NCBI GenBank assembly: GCA_964016885.1
Contig: OZ024742.1
Span: 90,520,001 to 90,584,000, forward strand
Reading direction: 5' to 3'
Length of the DNA: 64,000 nt
DNA from: Eledone cirrhosa
Lineage: Eukaryota
In this document: positions 1 to 12,525 of the stretch, in pieces
Position numbering within the stretch: the stretch's first letter is position 1
Layout of the letters: each line of letters opens with the position of its first letter
Program-made: the position numbers and the translations under genes
Notes under the pieces: model-generated
Databases searched by the model: none
Seen by the model: the letters and a program-made list of their open reading frames with translations, nothing else
Told to the model about the DNA's origin: nothing

Positions 1-82
1 ATCCTTACGGGATTGATAAAATAATGCACCAGTAATGCACTGAGATAATTGCTGGCCTAGTGCCGAAAGTAGAAACAATTAT
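1..82 (+). mobile_element. tRNA-derived SINE, 3' part
   Basis: Matches the 3' half of the complete copy at 24740-24931 (ATCCTTACGGG..GATAAAATAA..CCAGTAATGCACTG..TGGCCT.GTGCC.AAAGTAGAAACAATTAT). Confidence 0.85.
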
Positions 83-157
83 ATGATGAGACAACAATAA
101 AATTTGAAATGCAGTTATAAAATTAATTCCTTAAGATTTTATTATTATATGTTAACC

Positions 158-262
158 CAGGGTGGCGGATTGGCAGTAATAAGGCATCGGGCATACTTTG
201 CTGCATAGACTTACGAGTTCAAATCCCGCCAAGATTATATTTGAGGTTCAATAAAATAAAGA
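158..262 (+). mobile_element. tRNA-derived SINE, degenerate 5' part
   Basis: A-box-like TGGCAGTAA and B-box GAGTTCAAATCC as in the other copies. Confidence 0.65.
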
Positions 263-683
263 TTTGTTGGCCTTGATATAATGACAGGCCATGATTACAT
301 GTTAGCCTCTCTTTCTGCCGTTGTCGGATCGGATAGGGCAGAAGAAAATACCTGTGTGAGAACGTTAAGTTAACAAAATAAGTGAAAGACATTAAAATTG
401 AGTCAAAACCTATTGAACTTCAATAGCTTTTCGTGCAATCATCGGTTATTTCGTATTTTTATCTTTGTTTTTATTATGTATGTTATCTGACGATAAGAGC
501 ACATATGGCATTGAGTCTTTCTTCTTTGTCTCTAAATTAGTTTTCTTTTATTTTTTTCTCAATTCACAATATTTATCTCTAGAGTACTCCAAGCTGTCGA
601 AGACTATTGAAGCTTACACTGTTAACTTAATCCCTTATGTGTCTAGGAGAAAGCAAGGCCAATGATGTATAATAAAAGCGCGT

Positions 684-710
684 GCACACACCCACACTCA
701 CACATATATG

Positions 711-771
<61 letters not shown>

Positions 772-792
772 ATATATGCATACACACACTCA

Positions 793-858
<66 letters not shown>
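684..858. repeat. compound (CA)n/(TA)n/(TG)n microsatellite, representative of dozens in the window
   Basis: Directly visible; source of the HT/CV/YI-repeat ORFs. Confidence 0.97.
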
Positions 859-862
<4 letters not shown>

Positions 863-1129
863 TACCGATTTTAGGAATGCTTATGTCATACAAACAAACC
901 ACCCTCAATATTCAACATTTACAACTACATTGAAGTGGAAGATGGTATGTCTATCTAAACTAAAGCTATATCATCTTAGCGACGTCTTTCTAAAGCAATT
1001 TAAATTCATGATACCATTAATTTTAGTTCAAATTTATTTGTTTCATACACGAGAATATACGGTATGTTGTCTTTGTCGATTTTGCAAATTATAATCATTA
1101 GCAGTGATTTAGTGATGCTCAAGTTTTGT

Positions 1130-1272
1130 TCGGTTTGCTATTTGAACATCGGATAGGGTGCTTTCTGGCTTTCTTTCCGGCTCTCTGTTGTCTGAGTTCC
1201 AATCCAACCGAGGTCAACTTTGCCTTTCATCCTTTCGAGGTCGATAAAAAAAGTACCAGTCTAGAACTGGGC
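1130..1272 (+). mobile_element. older SINE copy
   Basis: GAGTTCCAATCC B-box followed by the core CTTTGCCTTTCATCCTTTCGAGGTCGATAAAA..AGTACCAGT. Confidence 0.7.
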
Positions 1273-2579
1273 TTGATTCTTTCTCTATATATCTTTTCCT
1301 TTATGTCACTTTCTATCATTCTCTGGAAGAAATTTGCTGTACTCAGGTCTGGAAAGGGGTGGGCTCTGTCAAGCTTAAAATGTCCAAGAAACGCCATATG
1401 CTACTATGGCGCCTCTACAAACAAGGTACGGAACTAAAGAAGAAAGAAAAATATTTGTTTGAGTATTCTTGTTGTTTAGCCTCAAGTCAATCTAGATCAA
1501 GTGGAACTATAATCATATGCACTCCAATCTTGAACATTTGGCTTTTTACGGAGAGTCAATATTATTCAAAAACATAAGAATATCATTTCAGAGGGATTTG
1601 TATCTGTTTCGTGGAGATCGATCTTCCACGGAGAGTTGCTTAACTTGGTTTGTGATTTGATATAAAATATTAATGTGAAAGACATGACTTACAAAGGGCA
1701 ACACTGTATGTTGTCGACGGAGTCACAGCGACGACATGATTTAACTGCTACTATTGACGAATACATGTATTGGCAACACTTGGCTGGTTTCTTTTCTTAT
1801 ATATTAATTTACTTATTTAATTACTTATTTATTTATTTATTTCATTTTCTCTCTCACTCTCTCTTCTATTCTCTATCACTCTTTCTATTTCATCCGGTCA
1901 CATATCATGCTTCCCCTTTCCCTCTCATACTACTACAACTAGTTGCAATTTAAATTAACTCTACACAAATACACACACAATCACCCATTCAACCAAGACC
2001 ATGATCGCACTTTCAAGCTGCATTTTCTGTCTCACACTCTTTTGCTTCTCTCTTTCTCCCCCCTCTCTCTTCTTTCTCTCTCTATATATAATAATAATAA
2101 GTAACATTAATATAACAACTTCACAGCTAAAGGACTAACATTTATTACATAATTTACACGTGTTTCGCCAACAAATACATTGCTTATACACACACACAGA
2201 CACACACACATACACACGCACACACACACATACATTAATATATATATATATATATATATATTGAGGGCTGAAGTATTTTCTGGCTCTGAATAAGAGAACT
2301 GATGTGTTAAATGCAGTTCTAGCTAAGTTTAGGCTATGAGTTCATTATAAAAGATTCTCAATGATGGTGAAGCCTAGTATTTGGAGCGAAAGTGAGACTC
2401 TTCTAATTGCATGCTGCTGATGTATAAACTTGGTGATATTTGTGTTCTATACATTTGCAATCAACAAAGAAAATGAAAACGAAAATGAAAATAAGCCAGA
2501 TCATTTAGAGACTTGGTTTCTGTCATTCGATAGGTTTACAGTTATACAGAGTTTCGCCCATCATACCGATGCCAGTATA

Positions 2580-2675
<96 letters not shown>

Positions 2676-2906
2676 GAATATAAAAGTATTTCAAACAATA
2701 TATTTTTGCAGAATTACAATTATATTTTAAAATAAATTGTCCACCGACTGAATCATCTCTGTTTCGAGCAACGTCAAGTACTACTGATAGTCCTATAATA
2801 TATAAGGCATTGTTGCTAATGTTAAAACGTATTTGTTTTTCATTATTAAAGTTTGATCAAATGTAAGAGTATGGTAGCATGTATCCGTGCCAAATTTAAT
2901 AATATA

Positions 2907-3091
2907 TTGTTTCTTTTGGCACAAGGCCAGTAATTATTCCAGTGTATTACTGGTACTTTATTTTATCGACGCCGTAAGGATGAAAGGCAAAGTTAACCTC
3001 GGCGGGATTTGAACTCAGATTATAAAGGGCCGTAACTATATGCTGCAAAGCATGGCATCCGACCCTCTACCGATACTGCCAATCCACCGCC
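2907..3091 (-). mobile_element. full-length tRNA-derived SINE with TSD
   Basis: Reverse complement of the 24740 copy; flanked by direct repeat AAATTTAATAATATA (about 2892 and 3092). Confidence 0.9.
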
Positions 3092-3964
3092 AAATTTAAT
3101 AATATATGTCCTTTGTTATAAAAAAAACTGACATCGGCGTACAAACATGTTAAAACAAATTAGATCATTTATTGACCGTGCATATTTCAATGGTCGCCGG
3201 GAGAAAAGAAAAACAAAGTTGACCTGACATGGTTTCGAAACTAACTTGTGAATGGTAGGCATTTAACTTACAATCTACTGGCTGTACTATATCAGAAACG
3301 ATTTCTTGCACAGCACAAACCCATACATTTTGGGAGAACGATGCGCCCGATTGAAATGTTCAAGTACTTGACAATGCATATTTCGTCCACCTTCACATGA
3401 TTAAAGACAAATGTAACAGCGACATGGATGCCACATTTTACACATCAATATCACCACATCTTTGCATAGCAAGTCCCTATGACGAGTCAATGAAGAAACC
3501 TTTACTAATCACAGCATGACCTATTAGAGTTAGAAGCCAACTCTACGTCAAATTGCAAAACTATCGACTTAGAATAAGGTGCAAATAATTCGGTCTTCGA
3601 TTCCTCGAGTATAGGGAAAATAGGATGGGAACAGCTGGCATACCTTTCATTATATCTGTTCAATCATGACTTACTTCAGACCGAATATCACGATATATTA
3701 AGTACTTCGAATACGGTGTAATATAAACAGCTTTACGTACACACACACACACACTGACAAACACTTACACACACATACACTTACACACTTACACACTTAC
3801 ACACACACACTTACACACACACACACACACTCACATATATATATATATATATAAAAATAAAACAAAAGATTGCATGTGTTATAGTTTCTATTGTTTAGAA
3901 CAAGGTCCGAGCGAGATCACACAGATATAAGATCAGCGGCGTTGAGACCACGACCATCACGTCC

Positions 3965-4014
<50 letters not shown>

Positions 4015-4059
4015 GTCTGTCTGTCTATCTATCAATCATTCTATCTATTTATTTATCCA

Positions 4060-4167
<108 letters not shown>

Positions 4168-4218
4168 GTGAGATTCTACAGGACTAGAACTGTTTCATTC
4201 TTTAGAAATTATCAGAGG

Positions 4219-4660
4219 TTGTATCGTGGACAAGGTTGAAAGGGCTGAGGTCAGACACCTTCTCTCCGGCCAACAACTGATTCTTTTTTTCAAATACCAC
4301 TTTGGAAGAAGAATCAGGATGGAGAGAGAGGTGCTATACCCCAGCAAGTTTTATGAAAGGTGGGTGAAAGTGGCGAGAATGACCCGAGTGAATGGGCCTT
4401 CTCTCTATATCAGCCTGTAGGTTGAGGAAAAGGAGGAGGAGAGGAAAGGAGTACAAACTCTTTGTACTCCTGGAGATGAGGGTTTCACATTTTTTCGGGG
4501 GTATGTGTTACCCATATAAACTGTCTCCCTCTATTGGGGAAAATCGACTAATTTTTTAAATTGCATTTGTGATAACATTTTACACGTTTTTATTGTATGT
4601 AAACTTTCCCCTTTGTATTTGTCCCCTTCTTTTGTGCCCCTGTGGCTAATAAAGAAACAT
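4219..4660 (+). mobile_element. Tx1/L1-type non-LTR retrotransposon 3' fragment
   Basis: Encodes FFKYHFGRRIRMEREVL..FYERWVKVARM, homologous to the C-terminus of ORF 15323..16858; ends GTGGCTAATAAAGAAAC then (TCTA)n. Confidence 0.85.
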
Positions 4661-4713
4661 ATCTATCTATCTATCTATCTGTCTATTTATCAATCATTTT
4701 ATCTATTTATTTA

Positions 4714-4809
<96 letters not shown>

Positions 4810-4858
4810 GTGAGATTCTACAGGACTAGAACTGTTTCATTCTTTAGAAATCATCAGG

Positions 4859-4907
4859 GATTCCTGATGATTTCTAAAGAATGAAACAGTTCTAGTCCTG
4901 TAGAATC
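4859..4907 (+). ncRNA. type I hammerhead ribozyme in a fold-back palindrome
   Basis: Stem I GATTC/GAATC, core CTGATGA, stem II (T)TTCT-AA-AGAA(T), GAAA, stem III ACAG/CTGT, GTA site at 4900-4902. Confidence 0.75.
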
Positions 4908-4991
4908 TCACCTATATTAAAACTTTTATACTCTGCTATGTATTGAGTACCTTACTTACTGTGGTTACCTCCGATTCAACCCGGAATAACA

Positions 4992-5039
<48 letters not shown>

Positions 5040-5041
5040 TG

Positions 5042-5090
<49 letters not shown>

Positions 5091-5102
5091 TTTATATATG
5101 TA

Positions 5103-5188
<86 letters not shown>

Positions 5189-5526
5189 ATGTACATTTAT
5201 ATATATACATGTATGTATGTATAGAGAGAGAGCTAGATAGATAGATAGACAGACAGATAATATATAGAATATTTAAACCTCCCGCTGGTTTAATATGGTA
5301 ATGCACCAACTATGCTGAAGGCTTCACACCTATCCGTTTGTATGTAAAGATCCTATCCTGTTTGAGAGACATCTCATTAGTTTTTGGTGTTGTGTTTTTC
5401 ACTTTACTGAAACTTACACTGTAACAGCTTGTGAATCGCATTTAACTACCACGCTTTTCATCAAGAACACCTATCATACGTTCGCCACTCCTCACCGAAC
5501 GTTATATAAATATGTATGTATGTATA

Positions 5527-5603
<77 letters not shown>

Positions 5604-5606
<3 letters not shown>

Positions 5607-5838
5607 GAAGAAACAAGGTGCTGTGTGGTTACTGCATAGAGTGTATTTAGAAATAAAAATAAAGCACAAACAAGGGACAATCCCTTCTTCAGTTGTCTGC
5701 TGGACAGACATTGTCTTTAATGCGTTGAAATGCCGGTGACCTCCAGCAGACAACTGAAGAGGGGACTGTCCCTTATTTGTGCTTTATTTTTATTTCTAAA
5801 TATCCTTTATGAAGCAACCACACAGCCCCTTGTTTTTT
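5604..5838. repeat. imperfect inverted repeat (arms about 100 bp) next to (TA)n, probably a PLE pLTR fold-back
   Basis: Arms 5604-5704 and 5742-5838 are reverse complements; related sequence at 36060-36190 and 42180-42290. Confidence 0.75.
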
Positions 5839-6096
5839 AAATATATACATATTTAGTTGAACTTCAAAAATCGTCCACAAAAGAAAACACATTTACACAT
5901 TTTGATATTTAATATTAAATTGTATTTTACTAATTGTATACTGTTTTTCTCATATACATATACGCATTCATATATAGATAATAGTTACACACACACACAC
6001 GCACACACACACACTCACATACACACACACACACACATACATATACATACACATTCACATACATACATACATACATTCATACATTGGCCAAGATAA

Positions 6097-7746
6097 ATAC
6101 TCATATATGACTATAAGTCGGGGAAAAACAACCCAATCTAACAACATTGTCATCAATGGTCTAACTGTTTCACCGATATCTGATGAGGACTGCTACACAT
6201 ACCTGGAGAACATATCCTATAATGTTATCTGTAATAAGGAACGCGTAACCAGGAGATACTACACCCGATTAAGAAAGATCTGGTCATCGGAACTCTCTGC
6301 GCAAAACAAAACAGTGGCTCACAATGTGTTTGCTGTGCCTGTCCTAACACCAACGTTTGGAATACTCAATTAGACGATAGACGAAATCCGAGCAGTTGAT
6401 GTTGGAACTCGAAAAATACTAAACAACACCGGAAACTTCCACATCAACAGTGACATAGACCGCCTTTACTTGAAACGTAAGCAGGGAGGCAGAGGCCTAA
6501 CATCAGTCCAGACAGCATTTGAATGTCGCATCATATCCCTCCGACAACATCTACGAACCTCGAAACGTAGGAGCCCGTCTCTCGAGCAAGTGTATCTGCA
6601 TGAAACAGATAAGATCATGAGAGTTGGGAAGGAACTCCTCGAGAGATATTCCCTGTGTGATAATCAAAAACTCACACCCAGGGAAGTCGCTCAGCAGTAT
6701 CGCAGTGAATCCATGGATGAAAAACTGCATGGTTATCAGCAAAAAATCATGCATGGATATGTTGCCAGGAAGCTCCAGAGTGAGAGTAATATAGATAAGG
6801 AAAGTAGTCTATCTTGGACCAACAACCGCAATATTGGCTCCCACTTTGAGGGAAACACTTTTGCAATCCAAGAACAGGAAATTAACACGAAATACCTGAT
6901 TCACAAAAGAGATAGGGATGCAGGCAAACACCTAGATATGATAAGAAGTGTAGACTCTGCAGAATTAACATCGAAGATGTCATCCATGTCATAAGCAGTT
7001 GTCCAAAGATGTCCTCGCGGTACCATCTACCTATGAGGCATGATGTACAAAGCAATCCGTAGAAAAGATAGCCCCGATAATACACATTAAAAGCTACATC
7101 AATGTGGAGGACATCCATATGCATAATATGAAAGAGTACTGGTGGAATGTTCTGGTAAAAACCCCAATAAAATGCAAGCATAACAGACCTGATATCATGA
7201 TATGGGACAGGGAGAAGAAAGCATGCACAGTAATGGAAGTTAACTGCCCAGCAGATGCCAATATAATATCAAAGATTAGCGAAAAGGAGAATATTTATGC
7301 AGAACTGATGAGAAATCTGCAGATACTCCACTCTGATTACACCTTCAGATTTATGCCTCTGATTATTGGGGCACTGGGGTATGTTAGTAACTGCCTCAAT
7401 ATAAATCTTGAGAAGCTAGGCTTCACAAGAACAGAAAGAACACAACTAGTTAGGAAATTACAAGTACAATCCATTAATGGAACAGTAAAAAAATATGTAA
7501 AACATTACAAAAATCTTGCATCTAATAACTGCATATACACATGTACAAAGCATATACACATGAACACATACAACTCAAAACATCCACATCCACACATACA
7601 ATAACATCCATATCTACACATGCATGCATGCATACATAATCTACCTAGTTGATTTGTAATTTCTAATGAGAGAGTCTGTGTCTATGTTAGAAACCGACTC
7701 TCTCTCTATTGGGAAAACATTTGTGAAATTATAAAACCAGAAGAAC
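6097..7746 (+). mobile_element. R4/Dong-type RLE non-LTR retrotransposon, 5'-truncated, frameshifted
   Basis: GGRGL, FAIQEQE, CRLC..H..C, RHD, NRPDIMIWD..VMEV, MPLIIGALG motifs; near-identical to 47797-49476; 3' end runs into (TACA)n. Confidence 0.9.
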
Positions 7747-7780
7747 ATACATACATACCTACATACATACATACATACAT

Positions 7781-8303
7781 GATGATGGCTGCACCCTCGT
7801 TATCGAGTATGGCCATTGCACGATATACCATTATTAATAATTATTAATTAATTCTATCGTGCAATGCCTGTGCGTGAAGATATTTTTTAAAGTGAGGAAA
7901 GATTGTGCACTGAGCCAATCCCACTCTCTGAGCGACAGTAGCTATAAGGCGAAAAGAAGAAGGGATCAACATCATCGGTAACTACTGAGCTGCATGTTTT
8001 ATATCGGAGTTATCCCAGTTTCCTGAGTTGCCTTCTCCTACCTGCCCTGACAAAGGCTAGGGATCTTTCACTCCCAGTGGTTTAACCGTGCGGTACATTT
8101 TTACACACTTTCGGATGGTCGTTGAGTCTTATGAGTTTTTCCGCCCTTGTCAGGTTTTGTGTTTTGTCCTGCAGTGTGTCCAAAATCACCCTCCTCACCA
8201 AGTAAACTTGGTGGGGTTGCCGGTTTAGTCGCCGACGACCCGACCATGCGACGGGTTGTAGTGGGTTACATGTTACCAGTAGCACTCAAGAGTGACCCGA
8301 CAT
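7781..8303 (-). mobile_element. non-coding (TATG)n-tailed retroposon, subfamily A
   Basis: Repeated at 43093-44332, 44820-45250, 49953-50518 and 11482-11510; constant end ..CTCGATAACGAGGG.GCAGCCATC-(ATGT)n, variable other end. Confidence 0.75.
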
Positions 8304-8353
8304 GACATACATACATACATACATACATACATACATACATACATACATACATA

Positions 8354-8667
8354 CCAAAAAGAAGAACATGTCAACATCATTGGATACCATCAGAGTTGCA
8401 GGTGCTATATCAGAGTTTTCCTTCTCCTAGAATTCTGCCTTGACAAAGGCTAAGGGGTCATCTCTTCCGGTGATTTTGGATGGCCATTGACTCTTAAGAG
8501 CTCCTTTGCCCTTTGACAGGTTTTGTTTTTAGTCCTGCAGGATGTCCAAAGTCACCCGCCTCACCAAGAAATCTTGGTGGGGTTGCCAGTTTAGTCGCCA
8601 ACGACCCGACCATGAGACAGGTCGTACTGGGATACATGTTACCAGTAGCACCAACTGGTGACCTGAC
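8354..8667 (-). mobile_element. non-coding (TATG)n-associated retroposon, subfamily B, 5' part
   Basis: Near-identical to 50824-51097; homologous to subfamily A. Confidence 0.75.
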
Positions 8668-8741
8668 ATACATACATACATACATACATACATACATACA
8701 TACATACATACATACATACATACATACATACATACATACAT

Positions 8742-11473
8742 CGCAGTCGTTATGAAATGCAACATAGAGAGCAACTTTACACGACACCAGGAAGACCTAA
8801 AAAAAAGGTAGAGAGACGATTTGGAGATACAAAATTTAAAACTTTGGACTGCAAATTACACCAGTTGAAACAACAACTCACAGCTACAACAGAAAGACTA
8901 AAATATAAGTCAACAGCACATAAACCACAAGTGCTAAATAGATTGTTTGCCAGAGATCCTAAATCAGTTTATCGCAGCTTCGGTGGCAAAAGCTCAATCT
9001 CTGTAAATGACACCCCTTCAAAAGAACAGGTTGAGAGCTACTGGAGATCTGTATGGGAAACGGATGACGGATTCAACAGACAAACTAATTGGCTAAAAGA
9101 ACTGGAACAGGACTACTGCCAACATGTCCAGACAAAACAATATGACATAGATGGGTTAATACTGGAAACAGCTCTACAGAAAATGTCGAATAGGAAATCA
9201 CCATGCCCAGACCACATTACAGGATACTTGTTGAAGAATTTCAATTTCTATCGGCAAGATCTCATACGGCTGTTTACAGAAACCATTAAAGGCACACAAG
9301 AACTGCCCAGATGGTTATCAACTGCCACTACTCTCCTCATTCCCCAAAATAGCCAAACCACCCTTGCTAAAAATTACCGCCCAATATCCTGCCAAAACAT
9401 CATGTATAAATTATATACTGGCTGCCTTAACCTGTTCTTACAGGATCACTGTGCTACCAACAACATCATAACACGTGAGCAAGCTGGTGGAAAGAGGGAG
9501 GTGTGGGGTTGCATAGATCACCTACTAACTAATAAAACGATTCAAGAAAAAACAACAAAGAATCGCAGAAACATGACTGTGGTGTGGCTAGACTATCAAA
9601 AAGCATATGATAGTGTACATCATGGGTGGATTGTTAAGGCTTTACAGTTAGCCAAAGTCCCACAACCACTGGTAGCTGCTGTTGAACGTCTGACCAAGAA
9701 CTGGTACACCAATTTGATCCTTAGAGGTGAGAAGGAGCAAGTTCAGACTGATAAGATACATTACCAGAAGGGAATTTTTCAGGGTGATAGCTTGTCAGTG
9801 CTACTCTTCGTTCTCTCACTAAATCCACTATCTTACCTACTCAGGAAACAAGGTGAACAAAGAAGTGGCTCCAGAAGTATCTCCCATCTTTTCTTTGTTG
9901 ATGACCTGAAGTTGTATGGGCCAAATATCAATGACATTAAGAAACAATTGGACCTCATTACACAATTTTCAACAGACATCAAAATGAAATTTGGTGAGTC
10001 CAAGTGTGCATATTTGGCAGTAAAACGTGGAAGAGCTGTGCCCTCCTCTAGAAATCTAGAGATGAACGGCCTGACAATACAACCTCTACAGTCAGGTGAC
10101 AACTACATATATCTTGGACAGGATGAGAATGTCAGATATAATGGACCCATAAATATGGAGAGAACCAGAACTGAATATCTCAGAAGAGTAAAGAAAATAT
10201 GGTCATCAGAACTGTCAGCGACAACAAATACATTGCCCACAATACTTATGCTGTGCCAATTCCAACGCCAACATTTGGCCTGCTGAACTGGCCATTGCAA
10301 GAACTAAGTGAGGTTGATGTTAGAACTCGCAAACTTCTCAGTGTTACTGGGAACTTAAACATCAATGGTGATGTGGATAGGCTATACTTCTCACGCAAGG
10401 AAGGTGGCCGGGGTCTAAAATCCATATTAACATCATATGAGACCCGGATAGTAACACTGAAGCAACACCTTCAACAGAGGAAAAAGGTTGGCAACCATCT
10501 TGCCCAGGTTTATGAGCATGGAAAAAAAAATATCATTAGAATAGCCACTGATATGGAATAAAGCCTGATATAAATCTCTCACCCTGAGAAATCGGAAGAT
10601 CCTATTCAATGTTCAAACAAGATGAACAAATTGACAAATTTACAGAAAAAGTTGTGCATGGAGACTTGAGATGTAAAACACAGACCATAGAGGGGATAAA
10701 CCACTCAAAAAGCCTGGCATGGAGTTCCGACAAGTTTATGACATCACACCTTGAGGGATATCTCTATGCAATACAGGAACAAGAACTCCCTACCAAATAT
10801 CTGCTGCACAAAAGGGAAGGGCCATCAGTTGACAATAAATGTAGGCTATGTAAAACAAAGATCGAGGATGTAAGCCACATTGTTGCCAGCTGCGAAAGAA
10901 TGTCATCTCGCTACTACCTCACCATGAGACACGATGGGATAGCTAGAACCATCTGGAACGCACTTCGGAAAATAAAATTAACAACAAACGAGGAAGAATA
11001 TATTGAGACAGATGGCACTAGGAAAATAGGTGGAAGCTGAAAATAAAAACTGCCACCAAATTAAAGCACAAACGGCCTGATATTGTTGTTTGGGACCACA
11101 CATTGAAAACGTGTTCTGTTGTGGAGATCAGTTGCCCACTTGATGTAAACTTTGTCAGAAAAATACAGGAGAAGGAGGACATCTACGGACCATTGATGAG
11201 GAGTTTACAAATCCAGTATCCAAGATACACCTTTAGCTTCATACCCATCATTATTGGAGCTACGGATTATATACCAACCCGCTTGGACCAAAGTATGACT
11301 GAACTTGGATTTGCGGACAAAGAGCGCACAAATGGCTGCGATAGCTGGCACCTTCAAAATTTGCAAAACATACTTGCGATTCAAAGGATGACAATTTCTT
11401 TTCTTTTACAACCTTGCCACCAGGAAGGTGGCCGGTCAAAAAAATATACTCGAAATTAAGAGAAAGAGATAAC
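8742..11473 (+). mobile_element. R4/Dong-type RLE non-LTR retrotransposon, second family, pseudogenised
   Basis: RT motifs NYRPISC, WLDYQKAYDSV, GIFQGDSLS, FVDDLKL; CRLC..H..C, RHD, RPDIVVWD, VEISCP; (TACA)n on both sides. Confidence 0.92.
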
Positions 11474-11611
11474 ATACATACATGATGGCTGCCCCCTCGT
11501 TATCGAGTATATGCATACATATTTGCTTCAGCATCTATATATTTCAGGAGATCCTGGAATAGGGTGAAAGCAGCGATTCTTTGCTTAAATTTTAATCTAT
11601 ACTACTACTAA

Positions 11612-11806
11612 TAATAATTGTTTCTATTTTGGGCACAAGGCCAGCAATTATCCCAGTGCATTACTGGTGTTTATTTCATCGACCCCATATGGATGAAAGG
11701 AAAAGTTAACCTCGGCGGGATTTGAACTCAGACCGGAAAGGGCTGTAACTCTATGCCGAAAAGTATGGCGTCCGACCCTCTACCGATACTGCCAATCTAC
11801 CGCCCT
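11612..11806 (-). mobile_element. full-length tRNA-derived SINE
   Basis: Reverse complement of the 24740 copy with an ATT-repeat tail. Confidence 0.9.
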
Positions 11807-11829
11807 AATGATGATAATAATAATAATAA

Positions 11830-12482
11830 TGATTTCTTTATTGGCCACAAGGGCTGACATCAAGAAAAACATTACAGACGGCACAGGACGGTACAGGACG
11901 TTACGATGTGGGTTTTGTGCGTGTAGAGATTTTTTATTATTTATATCATAAAAGAAGAAAAAAAAGACATAGAAACATATATATATATATATAAACAATA
12001 AAAATGAAAATTGAAACAATGAAAAATTCCCCAATAGGGGGGCAAACCTCTGAGGGTTACTCGTGGCGAAAACCACACAAAAGACCACGATCACCCTGAC
12101 AACCAGGGCAAGCGCCCTCTCTCAATTTTTCCATTTCTCAAACTACAGGCGTATATTCAGAGCGTATACTCGGACCATTCTTGCTACATTCACCCACCTT
12201 TCAACGAACTTGCTAGAAGGCAGCACTTGCCTCTCCACCCCGATTTTCCTCTTCAAGTGAAACTTGAAAAAGTTAATTAGGGATTCGCCGAAGAGGAAAG
12301 TGTCTGTCTTTAACCCTTTCAACCTTGTCCACCACACAATCTCTTTCGCCATGGCCACCAGGCAGATGAAAACCGCCTTCCCTTCCTCCTCGAAGGAAGA
12401 CGGCGAGACCATCTGCACAATGGATTCAGTCGATAACCGGATCAGTCGAACAAGTGACAGCAACTGTTCGACATAGCTCCAC
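11830..12482 (-). mobile_element. Tx1/L1-type 3' fragment
   Basis: ORF 12143..12484 is homologous to the C-terminus of 15323..16858; ends GTGGCCAATAAAGAAATC plus (ATT)n. Confidence 0.88.

Positions 12483-12524
<42 letters not shown>

Positions 12525-12525
<1 letters not shown>

Noticed and set aside
480-2790. Partial hammerhead-like words near 487, 2150, 2545 and 2760
   Set aside because: Only one half of the core is visible in each, which is not enough to call.
5715-5775. GAAA..CTGA(A/T)GA-GGG motif, also at 36135-36185 (minus) and 42185-42235, as a type II hammerhead
   Set aside because: I could not form stem II or a consistent cleavage triplet; retained only as a repeat family.
7746-8740. 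Repeat-spacer appearance of units separated by (TACA)n, also at 49480-51220
   Set aside because: Not CRISPR: the repeats are microsatellites of variable length, the spacers are 300-570 bp homologous retroposons, and there are no cas genes.
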